The notes: generated by a model not told the origin, from the sequence alone. A stretch of 42,615 nucleotides of DNA from a virus (IMGVR_UViG_3300005805_000158:1-42615); one strand, 5' to 3'. Shown: positions 1 to 8,416, counted from the stretch's first letter. Numbers and translations are program-made.

Positions 1-2
1 GA

Positions 3-128
3 TTCAATCAGGTCATCTTAGATCACTTAGAAACGTATGGATATTCCCGCAACAACATAGACTATATGTTCCGCAGTGTGGAAGAAATGTGGCCCATTAA
101 TGTAGAAGACGGTGTCATAGTCAAATAG
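3..128 (+). CDS. 3' end of a hypothetical protein truncated by the window edge (..FNQVILDHLETYGYSRNNIDYMFRSVEEMWPINVEDGVIVK*)
   Basis: Open frame from the window start to TAG at 126-128; translated by hand. Confidence 0.45.
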   Translation, partial: FNQVILDHLETYGYSRNNIDYMFRSVEEMWPINVEDGVIVK

Positions 129-196
129 CATAAACAGCTCACATATTGCAGATATTATGCCCACTATATACTATAGTAACTATAGCGGAGCAACGT

Positions 197-268
197 ATGT
201 GGACTAATAGGAAAGTAAAACCAAAAAATCCTCCACAACCCAAAGACGATCATCCACCAACAAGATGA
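197..268 (+). CDS. Putative 23-aa Pro/Lys-rich peptide MWTNRKVKPKNPPQPKDDHPPTR
   Basis: GGAG RBS 6 nt upstream of ATG; very short, so uncertain. Confidence 0.3.
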   Translation: MWTNRKVKPKNPPQPKDDHPPTR

Positions 269-342
269 TTATCAACAGCTAATGAAAATCTGGATTTTTC
301 CAGGATACCATCCGTTTTCTCTCTGATAAGCACTAAATAGAA

Positions 343-371
343 TTGACAGACATACTATTATCTAGTATAAT
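343..371 (+). promoter_or_regulatory. Consensus sigma70-type promoter
   Basis: TTGACA (343-348), 17-nt spacer, TATAAT (366-371). Confidence 0.85.
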
Positions 372-429
372 GTTATTATGTTCAATTACAAGTTGAATAT
401 AATATTAATGATCCCAAAAGGAAAAAAAA

Positions 430-594
430 ATGAATACCAAAGTAGAAACAACAGTTTCTGAGTTAGCACACGAAGCCGCTATCGCAGCAATCCCAACACC
501 AGAAATCAAAAAAGAAGAAGAGTCTACACCTTGTGCATCTAAAGATGTAAGCTGCAATAGACGTTGGATTGAAGCTTTTAGCGACTGCGCTTAA
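430..594 (+). CDS. 54-aa peptide with Ala/Glu-rich N-terminus and Cys-containing C-terminus (MNTKVETTVSELAHEAAIAAIPTPEIKKEEESTPCASKDVSCNRRWIEAFSDCA)
   Basis: Not in ORF track (<60 aa); AAGGA RBS; directly downstream of the consensus promoter. Confidence 0.7.
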   Translation: MNTKVETTVSELAHEAAIAAIPTPEIKKEEESTPCASKDVSCNRRWIEAFSDCA

Positions 595-956
595 CCAGCC
601 TGTCTAGTTAAGAAGTTAGCACGTACTTTAGTAGGTTTAAAGTATTCTCCAACTGTGGTTATTACCACATCATTTTCAAATTCTTTACAGCTAAAAACAT
701 CTAGATATAAATCTCCGTTACTGTCGATAAAGTGAGCGACAATAGTACTCGTTACGATTATTTGAACAGCAGTAAGTCCTGCTTTATCAGGAAATTCCCC
801 AGCAGTATATTCTATTCGTGGTTCACCGATAGGCAGCATATCGATACGTTTTAATAATACCTCAATAAATTTACGAACGTGATCCACGCTCTTAATACTC
901 TCTCTATCGCAATTTGCACAGTCTAGAGTTAGGTGATATCCCCAATATGTTGACAT
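591..956 (-). CDS. speD: S-adenosylmethionine decarboxylase proenzyme (pyruvoyl-dependent, short prokaryotic class)
   Basis: GYHLTLDC N-terminus, G-x-T-A-V-x-I-I-x-T-S-x-I-x-x-H cleavage region, YLDVFSCK motif, 121 aa. Confidence 0.8.
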   Translation of the reverse strand: MSTYWGYHLTLDCANCDRESIKSVDHVRKFIEVLLKRIDMLPIGEPRIEYTAGEFPDKAGLTAVQIIVTSTIVAHFIDSNGDLYLDVFSCKEFENDVVITTVGEYFKPTKVRANFLTRQAG

Positions 957-991
957 GTTTAATCCTTTATGTTATTATTATATGTGTACTT

Positions 992-1006
992 TATTTACAC
1001 TAAATA
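992..1006. promoter_or_regulatory. Back-to-back T4-late-like TAAATA motifs (TGTAAATA on -, ACTAAATA on +) between speD and the cyclase
   Basis: tatttaca 992-999 and actaaata 999-1006; the same core recurs upstream of many genes. Confidence 0.5.
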
Positions 1007-1011
1007 TTAAT

Positions 1012-3039
1012 ATGAATATAAAAAATAAATTAAAAAAAGCCTTAGTTAGTCCCTGGACTGCACTAATCACATTATCTCTCATTGTTTGGATATCACTGCA
1101 AGGATATACGTTTATAGAATCTGTTAAGTTACGATACTTTGACCAACTGATCACAAATCAAACTAAAGTTGAAAACAACATCTATACCGTAAACATCGAT
1201 GAAGCAACCATAGACAAATATGGTCAATTTCCATTCAAGCGTGACAAATACGCTAATCTAATTGGGGATCTATATTCAAGAAATGCAGGACTGGTAGTTT
1301 GGAATATCATGATGCCAGAAGTAGATCGACAAGGTGGCGACGCAGCATTAGCTACAGAACTGTCGGAGCATCCTGTGATACTTACTAATACTACTTCAGG
1401 TAAAACAAAAAATCTACCACGTAAACCAGGAAGTGCTATCATTGGTTCTGAACACGTTGGTACTATCTTCAATTATCCAGGTATTATTGCTAACATTCCA
1501 GAACTTGAACGCAATGCTGCCGGTGTTGGTATCGCTAATACTCTACCAGAAGTAGATGGTGTTAATAGGCGACTACCTTTATTTGTTGGATATAACAGTT
1601 CAGTTTATCCCAGTGTGCCATTAGAAGTACTACGTGTACTGTCAGGAGATTCAACCTTCCAGGTAAAACTAAATGAGAATGGCGTTGAAAAAATGCGCAT
1701 TCCAAGTTTCCGTCCTATCGCCACAGATAGTCTAGGACAGATTTGGGTAGACTGGAGTCAAACAAATAAAAAAGTATCAGCTGTAGATCTACCAAAAGAT
1801 TTCAATAAAGGTATAGTTATCGTGGGTGTCAGTGCCGCAGGATTAGGAAATCCTGTGTCAACATCATTAGGCAGTGTTTGGCCACAAGACATGCAGGCTG
1901 CCGTTATTGGTACACTAGCCAACAATGTAAACATTGAACGTCCAGATTGGGCACCGGGTGCGGAACTATATGTACTAATAGGTGTATCATTATTGATCTT
2001 ATTATTAAGCCGTTGGGTATATGTTGGCTTAGGCGTTGGTGTTGTTCTTGTTGCGGCAATGGTTCCTGTAAGTTGGTATCTATTCTCAACATACAAATTC
2101 CTTATCGATGCGGTGGTTCCTGTAGCAGGCACAGTTCTAGTTATGCTACATGCTTACGGTGTTAAGTTCATCAGCGAATTCTTACAGAAACAACAGATCA
2201 AGAAACAATTTGGAACTTACCTATCACCAGCAATGGTTGAGAAATTACAGAAAAATCCAGACCTGTTGAAACTTGGTGGCGAAACAAGAGAACTTTCTAT
2301 CATGTTCACAGATGTACGAGGTTTCACAACCATATCTGAACATTATGGAAAAGATGTGCAAGGTCTTACTCAAATTATGAATCGTTATATGACAGCGATG
2401 ACAGCTAAAATTATTGAGAATGAAGGCACTTTAGACAAATATATCGGTGATGCTCAAATGGCTTTCTGGAATGCACCACTTGATGATAAAGACCATGCGA
2501 TACACGCTGTTAAAACTGGACTTAATATGTTGGAGGATTTAGATGAATTCAATAAAGAAATTGCCAAAGAAAACATCCCAGCTTTTGGCATGGGGCTTGG
2601 TATTAATACCGGCGATGTGGTCGTTGGTAATATGGGTAGCGTTCAACGCTTTGATTATACCTGCTTGGGAGATTCTGTCAACCTGGCTTCACGGTTAGAA
2701 GGTCAAAGTAAAAACTACGGTGTTCGCATTGTTCTAGGAACAAAGACCGCTGAATATGTGAAAGATGAATATCCTGTGGTTGAAATGGACTGTATCGCAG
2801 TAAAAGGTAAAACCGAAGGTGTTAAGATTTTTACAGTAGGTAATACTGTGAAATACAAACACGAAGAATACTTAAAAGAATACTACAGAGGTGATTGGAA
2901 GAAAGCAATCAAGTGGGCTAAAGAGTTAGAGAAAGATACTAACGTTGATATCAAAGACTACTATCACAATATGATAGAAAGAATGGAAGAAGGATTACCA
3001 GCTAATTGGGATGGAACATACAGAGCTACTTCTAAGTAG
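1012..3039 (+). CDS. CHASE2-domain class III adenylate (guanylate) cyclase, membrane-anchored
   Basis: N-terminal TM; CHASE2 motifs (VNIDEATIDKYGQFPFKR, PEVDGVNRRLPL); 3 TM helices; catalytic FTDVRGFT, DKYIGDA, GINTGDVVVGNMGS, GDSVNLASRLE. Start moved to ATG 1012, just after the TAAATA motif. Confidence 0.92.
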   Translation: MNIKNKLKKALVSPWTALITLSLIVWISLQGYTFIESVKLRYFDQLITNQTKVENNIYTVNIDEATIDKYGQFPFKRDKYANLIGDLYSRNAGLVVWNIMMPEVDRQGGDAALATELSEHPVILTNTTSGKTKNLPRKPGSAIIGSEHVGTIFNYPGIIANIPELERNAAGVGIANTLPEVDGVNRRLPLFVGYNSSVYPSVPLEVLRVLSGDSTFQVKLNENGVEKMRIPSFRPIATDSLGQIWVDWSQTNKKVSAVDLPKDFNKGIVIVGVSAAGLGNPVSTSLGSVWPQDMQAAVIGTLANNVNIERPDWAPGAELYVLIGVSLLILLLSRWVYVGLGVGVVLVAAMVPVSWYLFSTYKFLIDAVVPVAGTVLVMLHAYGVKFISEFLQKQQIKKQFGTYLSPAMVEKLQKNPDLLKLGGETRELSIMFTDVRGFTTISEHYGKDVQGLTQIMNRYMTAMTAKIIENEGTLDKYIGDAQMAFWNAPLDDKDHAIHAVKTGLNMLEDLDEFNKEIAKENIPAFGMGLGINTGDVVVGNMGSVQRFDYTCLGDSVNLASRLEGQSKNYGVRIVLGTKTAEYVKDEYPVVEMDCIAVKGKTEGVKIFTVGNTVKYKHEEYLKEYYRGDWKKAIKWAKELEKDTNVDIKDYYHNMIERMEEGLPANWDGTYRATSK

Positions 3040-3366
3040 TTACTCGCTACCGCTAGATGCTGTTTGATCGTCTTCTGATTTTTGAGTATGTGATTTGTTT
3101 ATTTCTTTTTCAGCTTCAACACGTTCATACTCAATAGTTTTACCACGTAGGTGTAATACAGTATTAACTTTTTGATTCAATCTAATAAGATCGTTATCAA
3201 GCATACGAATACGATCAATAAGAGCAACTAATACAGTGTTGGCATCCGAGATAACTGGTTTAACTTCTTTAGTAGCCCATTCCCAAACATACTTAATAAT
3301 CCATCCCATTCCTACAGCCATAACAATAGGAAACCCATACTTATTGATTAACTCTACGACATCCAT
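3040..3366 (-). CDS. Small membrane protein with N-terminal GFPI TM and coiled coil (YvrJ-like/holin-like)
   Basis: ELINKYGFPIVMAVGMGWII; paralogous to 5338..5619. Confidence 0.65.
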   Translation of the reverse strand: MDVVELINKYGFPIVMAVGMGWIIKYVWEWATKEVKPVISDANTVLVALIDRIRMLDNDLIRLNQKVNTVLHLRGKTIEYERVEAEKEINKSHTQKSEDDQTASSGSE

Positions 3367-3638
3367 TATTTTTTACCCTTCTTTGTTTTAAGTTCTTCGA
3401 TAGCTGCTGTTAATTCTGAAATTTTAGCATTAGCCGCATCTAATCCTTGTGCTGATATTACCCCTTCTTCTTGTGCCTTTAATAGTTTTTCATTTATGGC
3501 ATGTATTTGACTTTCTAAATTATTATTCACCACCAACTGATTATTGTAATTATCTTCTGATTTTACTACGTAATATCCAGCCGTGACTAATATTAATATC
3601 AATAGTAAAATTTTTAAAACCTTTAATGCTTTATCCAT
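3366..3638 (-). CDS. Hypothetical protein, N-terminal TM plus coiled coil
   Basis: Hydrophobic LLLILILVTAGYY then heptad-rich region; translationally coupled. Confidence 0.7.
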   Translation of the reverse strand: MDKALKVLKILLLILILVTAGYYVVKSEDNYNNQLVVNNNLESQIHAINEKLLKAQEEGVISAQGLDAANAKISELTAAIEELKTKKGKK

Positions 3639-3772
3639 TATTTGTCCTCTGGGGTAACATAAATTGTAGGTGCCACTATGGTGTGTGGTTTATCAATATT
3701 ATCAACAATAACCCATATAACCAACGTACCCCACGCAGCCAATATTAATGATTTAATTAATTCACGGTTCAT
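3638..3772 (-). CDS. 44-aa single-TM hypothetical protein (MNRELIKSLILAAWGTLVIWVIVDNIDKPHTIVAPTIYVTPEDK)
   Basis: Translated by hand; ATGA/TAATG overlaps with both neighbours. Confidence 0.65.
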   Translation of the reverse strand: MNRELIKSLILAAWGTLVIWVIVDNIDKPHTIVAPTIYVTPEDK

Positions 3773-4353
3773 AAAGGAACCCATAACCATAAACCTTGGC
3801 TCATTAACAACATGCCTAAACTACATACTACAAAACTACTCCAGAACAGCGGCATACTTACAGCAAGAATACTCGCTGACAAAAGAACAATAGCTAATTG
3901 ATATGCAGTACCAGCATAACCGATCCATGGAGATTTCTTTTTAGCATGATCGCGTTCTGCTTCTAAGTCTTTTGCCTGTTTGTAAAGTGCCGGTTTACCT
4001 TCGTCACCTTCATCATAACTTTTTGCTTTCGCCGAGAACTTTGCAGCCTTAACGGGATCATTAGTTGATTGAGCTGCTAGTTCATACTGTGTTTGTTTGA
4101 TAGATTTGGCCTGATAGAAATTCCAGATGTCATTAGCCTTGATAGTATTGTTCATAACCTTACTACTTAACCCGCCACCATACCAAACATTAAATGCTAG
4201 CAAAGCTGCAAAAATATTAATTGCCATACCTGCTTTGTCTTTAATTTTTGCTTCACGCTCACTTCGACTAGGTCCACCTGATGCAGGTGCCTTATTATCC
4301 TCTGGTTTGGGTTCACGTGTTACCATTTTTAAAACTGAATCAATTAATGCCAT
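3769..4353 (-). CDS. DUF4337-like membrane protein
   Basis: ANDIWNFYQAKSIKQ motif, 3 TM segments, YQLAIVLLSASIL; start at ATG 4353 with AGGAG RBS. Confidence 0.7.
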   Translation of the reverse strand: MALIDSVLKMVTREPKPEDNKAPASGGPSRSEREAKIKDKAGMAINIFAALLAFNVWYGGGLSSKVMNNTIKANDIWNFYQAKSIKQTQYELAAQSTNDPVKAAKFSAKAKSYDEGDEGKPALYKQAKDLEAERDHAKKKSPWIGYAGTAYQLAIVLLSASILAVSMPLFWSSFVVCSLGMLLMSQGLWLWVPL

Positions 4354-4364
4354 TCGTTCTCTCC

Positions 4365-5153
4365 TTAAATTTGATCTTGTGGTCTTTCTTCTCCACTTGC
4401 CCAACGTTCTAGGTTAGCCACATATCGAGTCATACTATGATTACTAAAAAAATTAATCTCTCTTTTTTGTAATCCTTTGATGAACCCACGCAATCTATCT
4501 TGTATTAATTGTAATCCACTAGCGGATCTGATATTACCCCAATGATTCATATAGTACATACCACCAAAGTGTTTGTAAGGCCAAGGCGGAACTCTAGTTA
4601 CAATGTCGGCATTATTTACGAATCGAAAATGTAATATGCCACTTGATTCAATACCTTTAATATATTCTTTATTACCGACCTTTGGAGATCCAAATGTAAA
4701 CAGTGCTTGAGGGTTTGGTAAGTCTTCTGAACGTTGTAATCTATAGGCTATTAGTGTTGCCATGGCAGCACCAAGACTATGTCCTGTAACCCAAATAGTG
4801 CGAGTCTTACCGTAATCATCTATTTTTTCTTTTAATTCGTCCCAAACATCATCTGCTGATTCTTTAAATCCTCGATGTACCTTACCAATGCCTGTTGAAC
4901 TAGGAACCGGAAATGCTTTTAAATCAGCTGCAATGTCTTTAAATTCTGTAGGTTCAGTACCTCGACAGATAAAAACTAAATCATCTTTATTTTTTAAAAA
5001 GTAAGCCTGACTACCATCTACATCAATAAACTCTGCATCAAATCCTAATTCTTTAAATTTTGGAATACCTTGTTCATTGTCAAGATATGCTAGCTCACTA
5101 CATTTCGCAAAGAATGCTGCCTGCTCCGGAAATGGTTTCATGTTTATTGCCAT
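4365..5153 (-). CDS. Class 3 lipase (alpha/beta hydrolase)
   Basis: CRGTE, VHRGF, VTGHSLGAAMA nucleophile elbow, TFGSPKVGN, DIVTRVPP, C-terminal NHSM. Confidence 0.9.
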   Translation of the reverse strand: MAINMKPFPEQAAFFAKCSELAYLDNEQGIPKFKELGFDAEFIDVDGSQAYFLKNKDDLVFICRGTEPTEFKDIAADLKAFPVPSSTGIGKVHRGFKESADDVWDELKEKIDDYGKTRTIWVTGHSLGAAMATLIAYRLQRSEDLPNPQALFTFGSPKVGNKEYIKGIESSGILHFRFVNNADIVTRVPPWPYKHFGGMYYMNHWGNIRSASGLQLIQDRLRGFIKGLQKREINFFSNHSMTRYVANLERWASGEERPQDQI

Positions 5154-5164
5154 AGTTCGCTCCT

Positions 5165-5329
5165 TTAATTAACTGCTTTAACAACCCACCCAATTACAAA
5201 TCCAATTACCAACGCCCAACTTACAAAAATCACTACATCACGATCGTGCCAAATTGCCTGTTTTTTGAGCCATTCTTGTGTGTGTTTAGGTTGTGATTTT
5301 AACCATCGTTGTGATTCTGTTTCAAACAT
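5165..5329 (-). CDS. 54-aa hypothetical protein with C-terminal TM (MFETESQRWLKSQPKHTQEWLKKQAIWHDRDVVIFVSWALVIGFVIGWVVKAVN)
   Basis: Translated by hand; AGGAG RBS; fills the operon gap. Confidence 0.7.
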   Translation of the reverse strand: MFETESQRWLKSQPKHTQEWLKKQAIWHDRDVVIFVSWALVIGFVIGWVVKAVN

Positions 5330-5337
5330 ATTATCTC

Positions 5338-5619
5338 CTAATCGCGTCGAGCGTCATTTTTACCGTCTGCACGAGCAATACGGTCTACATCAGGTTTTAA
5401 TCCTAGTGCATTACTTACAATAGTATCAATACGGACTACATCATGATTCATAGTTTTAACACGATTATCTAATGCTGTAATAATACCAGCCATTCCTTTG
5501 ATACTGCCTAACACACCACCGAGCAATAGTTTGATAGTTAGATAAACAAAATAACCACCTGCTAGAGCCATAGCAATTGGAAATCCTAGATCGCCAATTA
5601 GTTTAAAAATTTCGCCCAT
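5338..5619 (-). CDS. Small membrane protein with GFPI TM (YvrJ-like/holin-like), paralog of 3040..3366
   Basis: KLIGDLGFPIAMALAGGYFV; ALDNRVKTMNHDVVRID vs ALIDRIRMLDNDLIRLN; start ATG 5619 with AGGAG. Confidence 0.7.
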   Translation of the reverse strand: MGEIFKLIGDLGFPIAMALAGGYFVYLTIKLLLGGVLGSIKGMAGIITALDNRVKTMNHDVVRIDTIVSNALGLKPDVDRIARADGKNDARRD

Positions 5620-5644
5620 TTTACACTCCTTTGAGTTATATTTG

Positions 5645-5652
5645 TATTTAAC
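5645..5652 (-). promoter_or_regulatory. T4-late-like promoter motif GTTAAATA heading the minus-strand membrane/lipase operon
   Basis: tatttaac on + strand, ~26 nt upstream of ATG 5619. Confidence 0.5.
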
Positions 5653-5654
5653 TC

Positions 5655-5683
5655 TTGACTTCAAATAACTTTGATGCTATAAT
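5655..5683 (+). promoter_or_regulatory. Sigma70-type promoter with extended -10
   Basis: TTGACT, 17 nt, TG-C-TATAAT. Confidence 0.8.
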
Positions 5684-5694
5684 ATACGCATATT

Positions 5695-5961
5695 ATGAAA
5701 TCTCTAATACTAACAAGTTTTTTATTATTTCCGATTGTGTCTTGGGCCAACTGCGAAAACGAGTTATCTTTCTTTGTAACTTCTGTTGATTTATTCACCA
5801 AAGTATCAAAGCTACACGATCTCAATAAAAAACTGTTTAAGTTAGATAGATTGAGCAAACAAGAACTTGAGTTGTCACAGTCTAGATTGGTCAAAGGTGC
5901 TGATTTAGTTGTACGATCACAAAGATTATATAAACAGTGCCAAAATAAGGACATGGTATGA
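5695..5961 (+). CDS. Hypothetical exported protein
   Basis: Signal-peptide-like N-terminus (..IVSWA|NC), two Cys. Confidence 0.6.
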   Translation: MKSLILTSFLLFPIVSWANCENELSFFVTSVDLFTKVSKLHDLNKKLFKLDRLSKQELELSQSRLVKGADLVVRSQRLYKQCQNKDMV

Positions 5962-6125
5962 GATTTTTATTAAGTTGGACATTGTATTGGTTAGGTGATA
6001 TAATTTGCCGCCCTATGGAGAGATTTGATTGGGTCTGGTTATATCCTACATACAATAAGTTAATGTGTTGGAGTTCAAGTGTGCAGGGAAAAACTAAAAA
6101 AGGACCATGGGGTAAAATAAAATGA
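5958..6125 (+). CDS. 55-aa Trp-rich hypothetical protein (MRFLLSWTLYWLGDIICRPMERFDWVWLYPTYNKLMCWSSSVQGKTKKGPWGKIK)
   Basis: Translated by hand; ATGA overlaps at both ends. Confidence 0.65.
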   Translation: MRFLLSWTLYWLGDIICRPMERFDWVWLYPTYNKLMCWSSSVQGKTKKGPWGKIK

Positions 6126-6781
6126 AAGTTTATATAAGCAAATATAGGTATCACTGGATAAGCCCTTATACAATCTGTGAAAAGATCTGCTGGTGGCGCG
6201 AGATTGACTATGATGAGCCTTGGGTCCAATGCGTTAACAAAATATTGGAACCTGTCATGGGCGTCTGGCAAAAGTTTTTAGATATAGTTCATCCACGTAT
6301 TAACTATGTCAAGATCGATCGTTATGATACATGGAACATGGATTCAACGCTTAGTCCTATCATCTTACCGATGCTAAAACAATTACGCAAAGACAAACAC
6401 GGTGCTCCTCACACAGAAGATGAAGATGTTCCCGCTAATCTACGTAGCACCACTCCTGCGGCTAAGAAAGCTAAGAAAGAATCTTGGGATAGCGATGGCA
6501 ATCATTTTAAGCGTTGGGATTGGATCCTGGACGAAATGATCTGGGCATTCGAAGAGTTAGTAGATGACACTTGGGAAGAACAATACTTCTCAGGCAAGAG
6601 CGATATCGTTTGGGTTCCCAGCAAAGAACTCGATGCCAAAGGTAGACCATTAACTTACGAGATGAAAAAAGGTCCCGGAGACACACGCAAGTATGACAAG
6701 AAGGGTTGGACTAAACACAGTGCTCGTATAGACAATGGTGTCAGACTATTTGGCAAATACTACAGAGCCTTATGGGATTAA
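6122..6781 (+). CDS. Hypothetical phage protein
   Basis: 219-aa ORF; IDRYDTWNMDSTL and RWDWILDEMIWAF..GVRLFGKYYRALWD pattern recalled from large myophages. Confidence 0.8.
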   Translation: MKVYISKYRYHWISPYTICEKICWWREIDYDEPWVQCVNKILEPVMGVWQKFLDIVHPRINYVKIDRYDTWNMDSTLSPIILPMLKQLRKDKHGAPHTEDEDVPANLRSTTPAAKKAKKESWDSDGNHFKRWDWILDEMIWAFEELVDDTWEEQYFSGKSDIVWVPSKELDAKGRPLTYEMKKGPGDTRKYDKKGWTKHSARIDNGVRLFGKYYRALWD

Positions 6782-6782
6782 T

Positions 6783-6950
6783 ATGAAAATCGAATTAAAC
6801 ATTAATGATGTATCAGATGAATTATATAATATGTTGTTGATGGAATTGCTTACTAAAGCAACAACAGACGGCATGGATTTAGTCAAAGGCACTAAAGTCG
6901 AAGATTGGAAAATTTCTGCAGAAGTGTTATTACCAAATAAAATACATTAG
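6783..6950 (+). CDS. Hypothetical protein
   Basis: Start moved to ATG 6783, after the upstream stop. Confidence 0.6.
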   Translation: MKIELNINDVSDELYNMLLMELLTKATTDGMDLVKGTKVEDWKISAEVLLPNKIH

Positions 6951-6958
6951 GAGATCAT

Positions 6959-7120
6959 ATGTCAGCGTATAGTGATATGCTCAAAGCAGCATTAGAAAAA
7001 AAGAAACAGCAACAAGGTCAAGGCAAGAAAGGCAACAAGATAAACACTGATGCTGGTCCTGCTAAAGATCAAGTGACTAGTCATAAACCAGCAAAAAAAT
7101 CAGCCGGAAGGGGCAGATAA
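6959..7120 (+). CDS. 53-aa basic hypothetical protein (MSAYSDMLKAALEKKKQQQG...KKSAGRGR)
   Basis: AGGAG RBS; TAATG coupling to next gene. Confidence 0.7.
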   Translation: MSAYSDMLKAALEKKKQQQGQGKKGNKINTDAGPAKDQVTSHKPAKKSAGRGR

Positions 7121-7629
7121 TGATTACGTTAAAAGATTACTTCGAAGTAATTGATTACAAGATCACCGAAGGCGGTGATTATCAGTGGAACTGTTATGGT
7201 CCAGAGGCATACATGTTGGATAGCAGTGTACTCGACAAATATGATGTCAACGTTATTTTTGATAAACAGACACAAGTAATCTTTGAAATGACTGCCATTG
7301 ATTACAAGAAAAATAATATCTATCGTTGGATTCATCCTGACCATATCGATGATTACAAAAAAGAATGTAAGAAGCGCAAGGAACCATTTGACAAAGCGTG
7401 GGACGATGAAACATATACCGACCTTGAAGTTGCTGAAGATATGATTGAGAAAGCTCGTGCTATCGTTCAAGGTAAGAAATACGACACAAGAATCCAAGTA
7501 CCTCTTGAGCTTCCCCAAAAAGAAATGTATAGATTGATGAAAATTGCTCATGAAAAAGATATGACATTGAATAAGTATGTGGAAACAGTTTTAACTAAAC
7601 TGATAGATGAGCAGAAAGTACCAGGATAA
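7120..7629 (+). CDS. Hypothetical protein with possible C-terminal ribbon-helix-helix DNA-binding motif
   Basis: IQVPLELPQKEMYRLMKIAHEKDMTLNKYVETVL resembles RHH. Confidence 0.7.
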   Translation: MITLKDYFEVIDYKITEGGDYQWNCYGPEAYMLDSSVLDKYDVNVIFDKQTQVIFEMTAIDYKKNNIYRWIHPDHIDDYKKECKKRKEPFDKAWDDETYTDLEVAEDMIEKARAIVQGKKYDTRIQVPLELPQKEMYRLMKIAHEKDMTLNKYVETVLTKLIDEQKVPG

Positions 7630-7879
7630 CGAACCTATAAGAACGATACTGGTTCACGAATTCACTATAAGTGATGTTGAAGATCCAGAGATTTATGCAG
7701 CCGATCCTTTGCTCAACTGGCAGAATAGTACAGAAGGCCAATGGATTATCGAAAATTGTATAGACACTCCATACTATCATCATCAACCAGATGACCACGA
7801 ATATGGATACAAATTTGTTATATACGCTAAACTTCAAGGACCTGCTCTTACAGAATGGTTATTAAGGACTAACAAATAA
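7607..7879 (+). CDS. Small hypothetical protein (divergent member of the F-x-L-[KR]-W family)
   Basis: ORF track; ends ..LTEWLLRTNK. Confidence 0.7.
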   Translation: MSRKYQDNEPIRTILVHEFTISDVEDPEIYAADPLLNWQNSTEGQWIIENCIDTPYYHHQPDDHEYGYKFVIYAKLQGPALTEWLLRTNK

Positions 7880-8196
7880 TGGCAACTATTACTTACGATA
7901 GCAGTACAGATACTAGTGGAAACTATTTTAGTTTAGGTGGTGCCGGAGGAGGTGGACCTGTTTGGATATCCAAAGCACAACATGCCGAACACGATCTACA
8001 ACAAGACGACCGGTTAATGAAATTGTTAGAAACATATCATCCTGTAAAACTACAAGATGAAGACTTTCCAGAAAAACTAACCTGGTGTTTAGAGAATTGT
8101 CAAAATAAATTCCGTGACCTAAATATAGATGGTTATCGAGTTTGGTATTTTGAAAATGAAAAAGATGCCACTATGTTTGCTATGAAGTGGTCGTAG
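7879..8196 (+). CDS. Small hypothetical protein, F-x-L-[KR]-W family
   Basis: Ends WYFENEKDATMFAMKWS. Confidence 0.75.
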   Translation: MATITYDSSTDTSGNYFSLGGAGGGGPVWISKAQHAEHDLQQDDRLMKLLETYHPVKLQDEDFPEKLTWCLENCQNKFRDLNIDGYRVWYFENEKDATMFAMKWS

Positions 8197-8382
8197 ATGC
8201 ATTGGGTTGAAAAGAAACCCTTGTGTTTAGTAGCCAATGAATGGCTTGGATCTGATGAAGAATTAGATGACATTCAAAAATGGTGTCAAGAACACAACTG
8301 CGGTCGTAGAACATCATACGATCAATTCCAATTTAAAAATAAAAAACAAGTAACAGTTTTTCTGCTCCGTTGGGGCAGTTGA
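8197..8382 (+). CDS. Small hypothetical protein, F-x-L-[KR]-W family
   Basis: Ends FQFKNKKQVTVFLLRWGS. Confidence 0.75.
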   Translation: MHWVEKKPLCLVANEWLGSDEELDDIQKWCQEHNCGRRTSYDQFQFKNKKQVTVFLLRWGS

Positions 8383-8407
8383 CAAATCAAGTAAAAGGTA
8401 GTATAAT
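8379..8407 (+). promoter_or_regulatory. Consensus sigma70-type promoter
   Basis: TTGACA (8379-8384), 17 nt, TATAAT (8402-8407). Confidence 0.85.
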
Positions 8408-8416
8408 ACAAACATC

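Noticed and set aside
955-1011. Upstream ORF-track starts (955, 4404, 5664, 24186, 36312, 37598)
   Set aside because: They overlap neighbours or promoter motifs; downstream ATGs with an RBS, TAAATA motif or translational coupling are more plausible
1012-3039. Pycsar/CBASS-type defence cyclase
   Set aside because: The architecture is a CHASE2 transmembrane receptor cyclase with purine-specifying residues; no cognate cNMP-binding effector is adjacent
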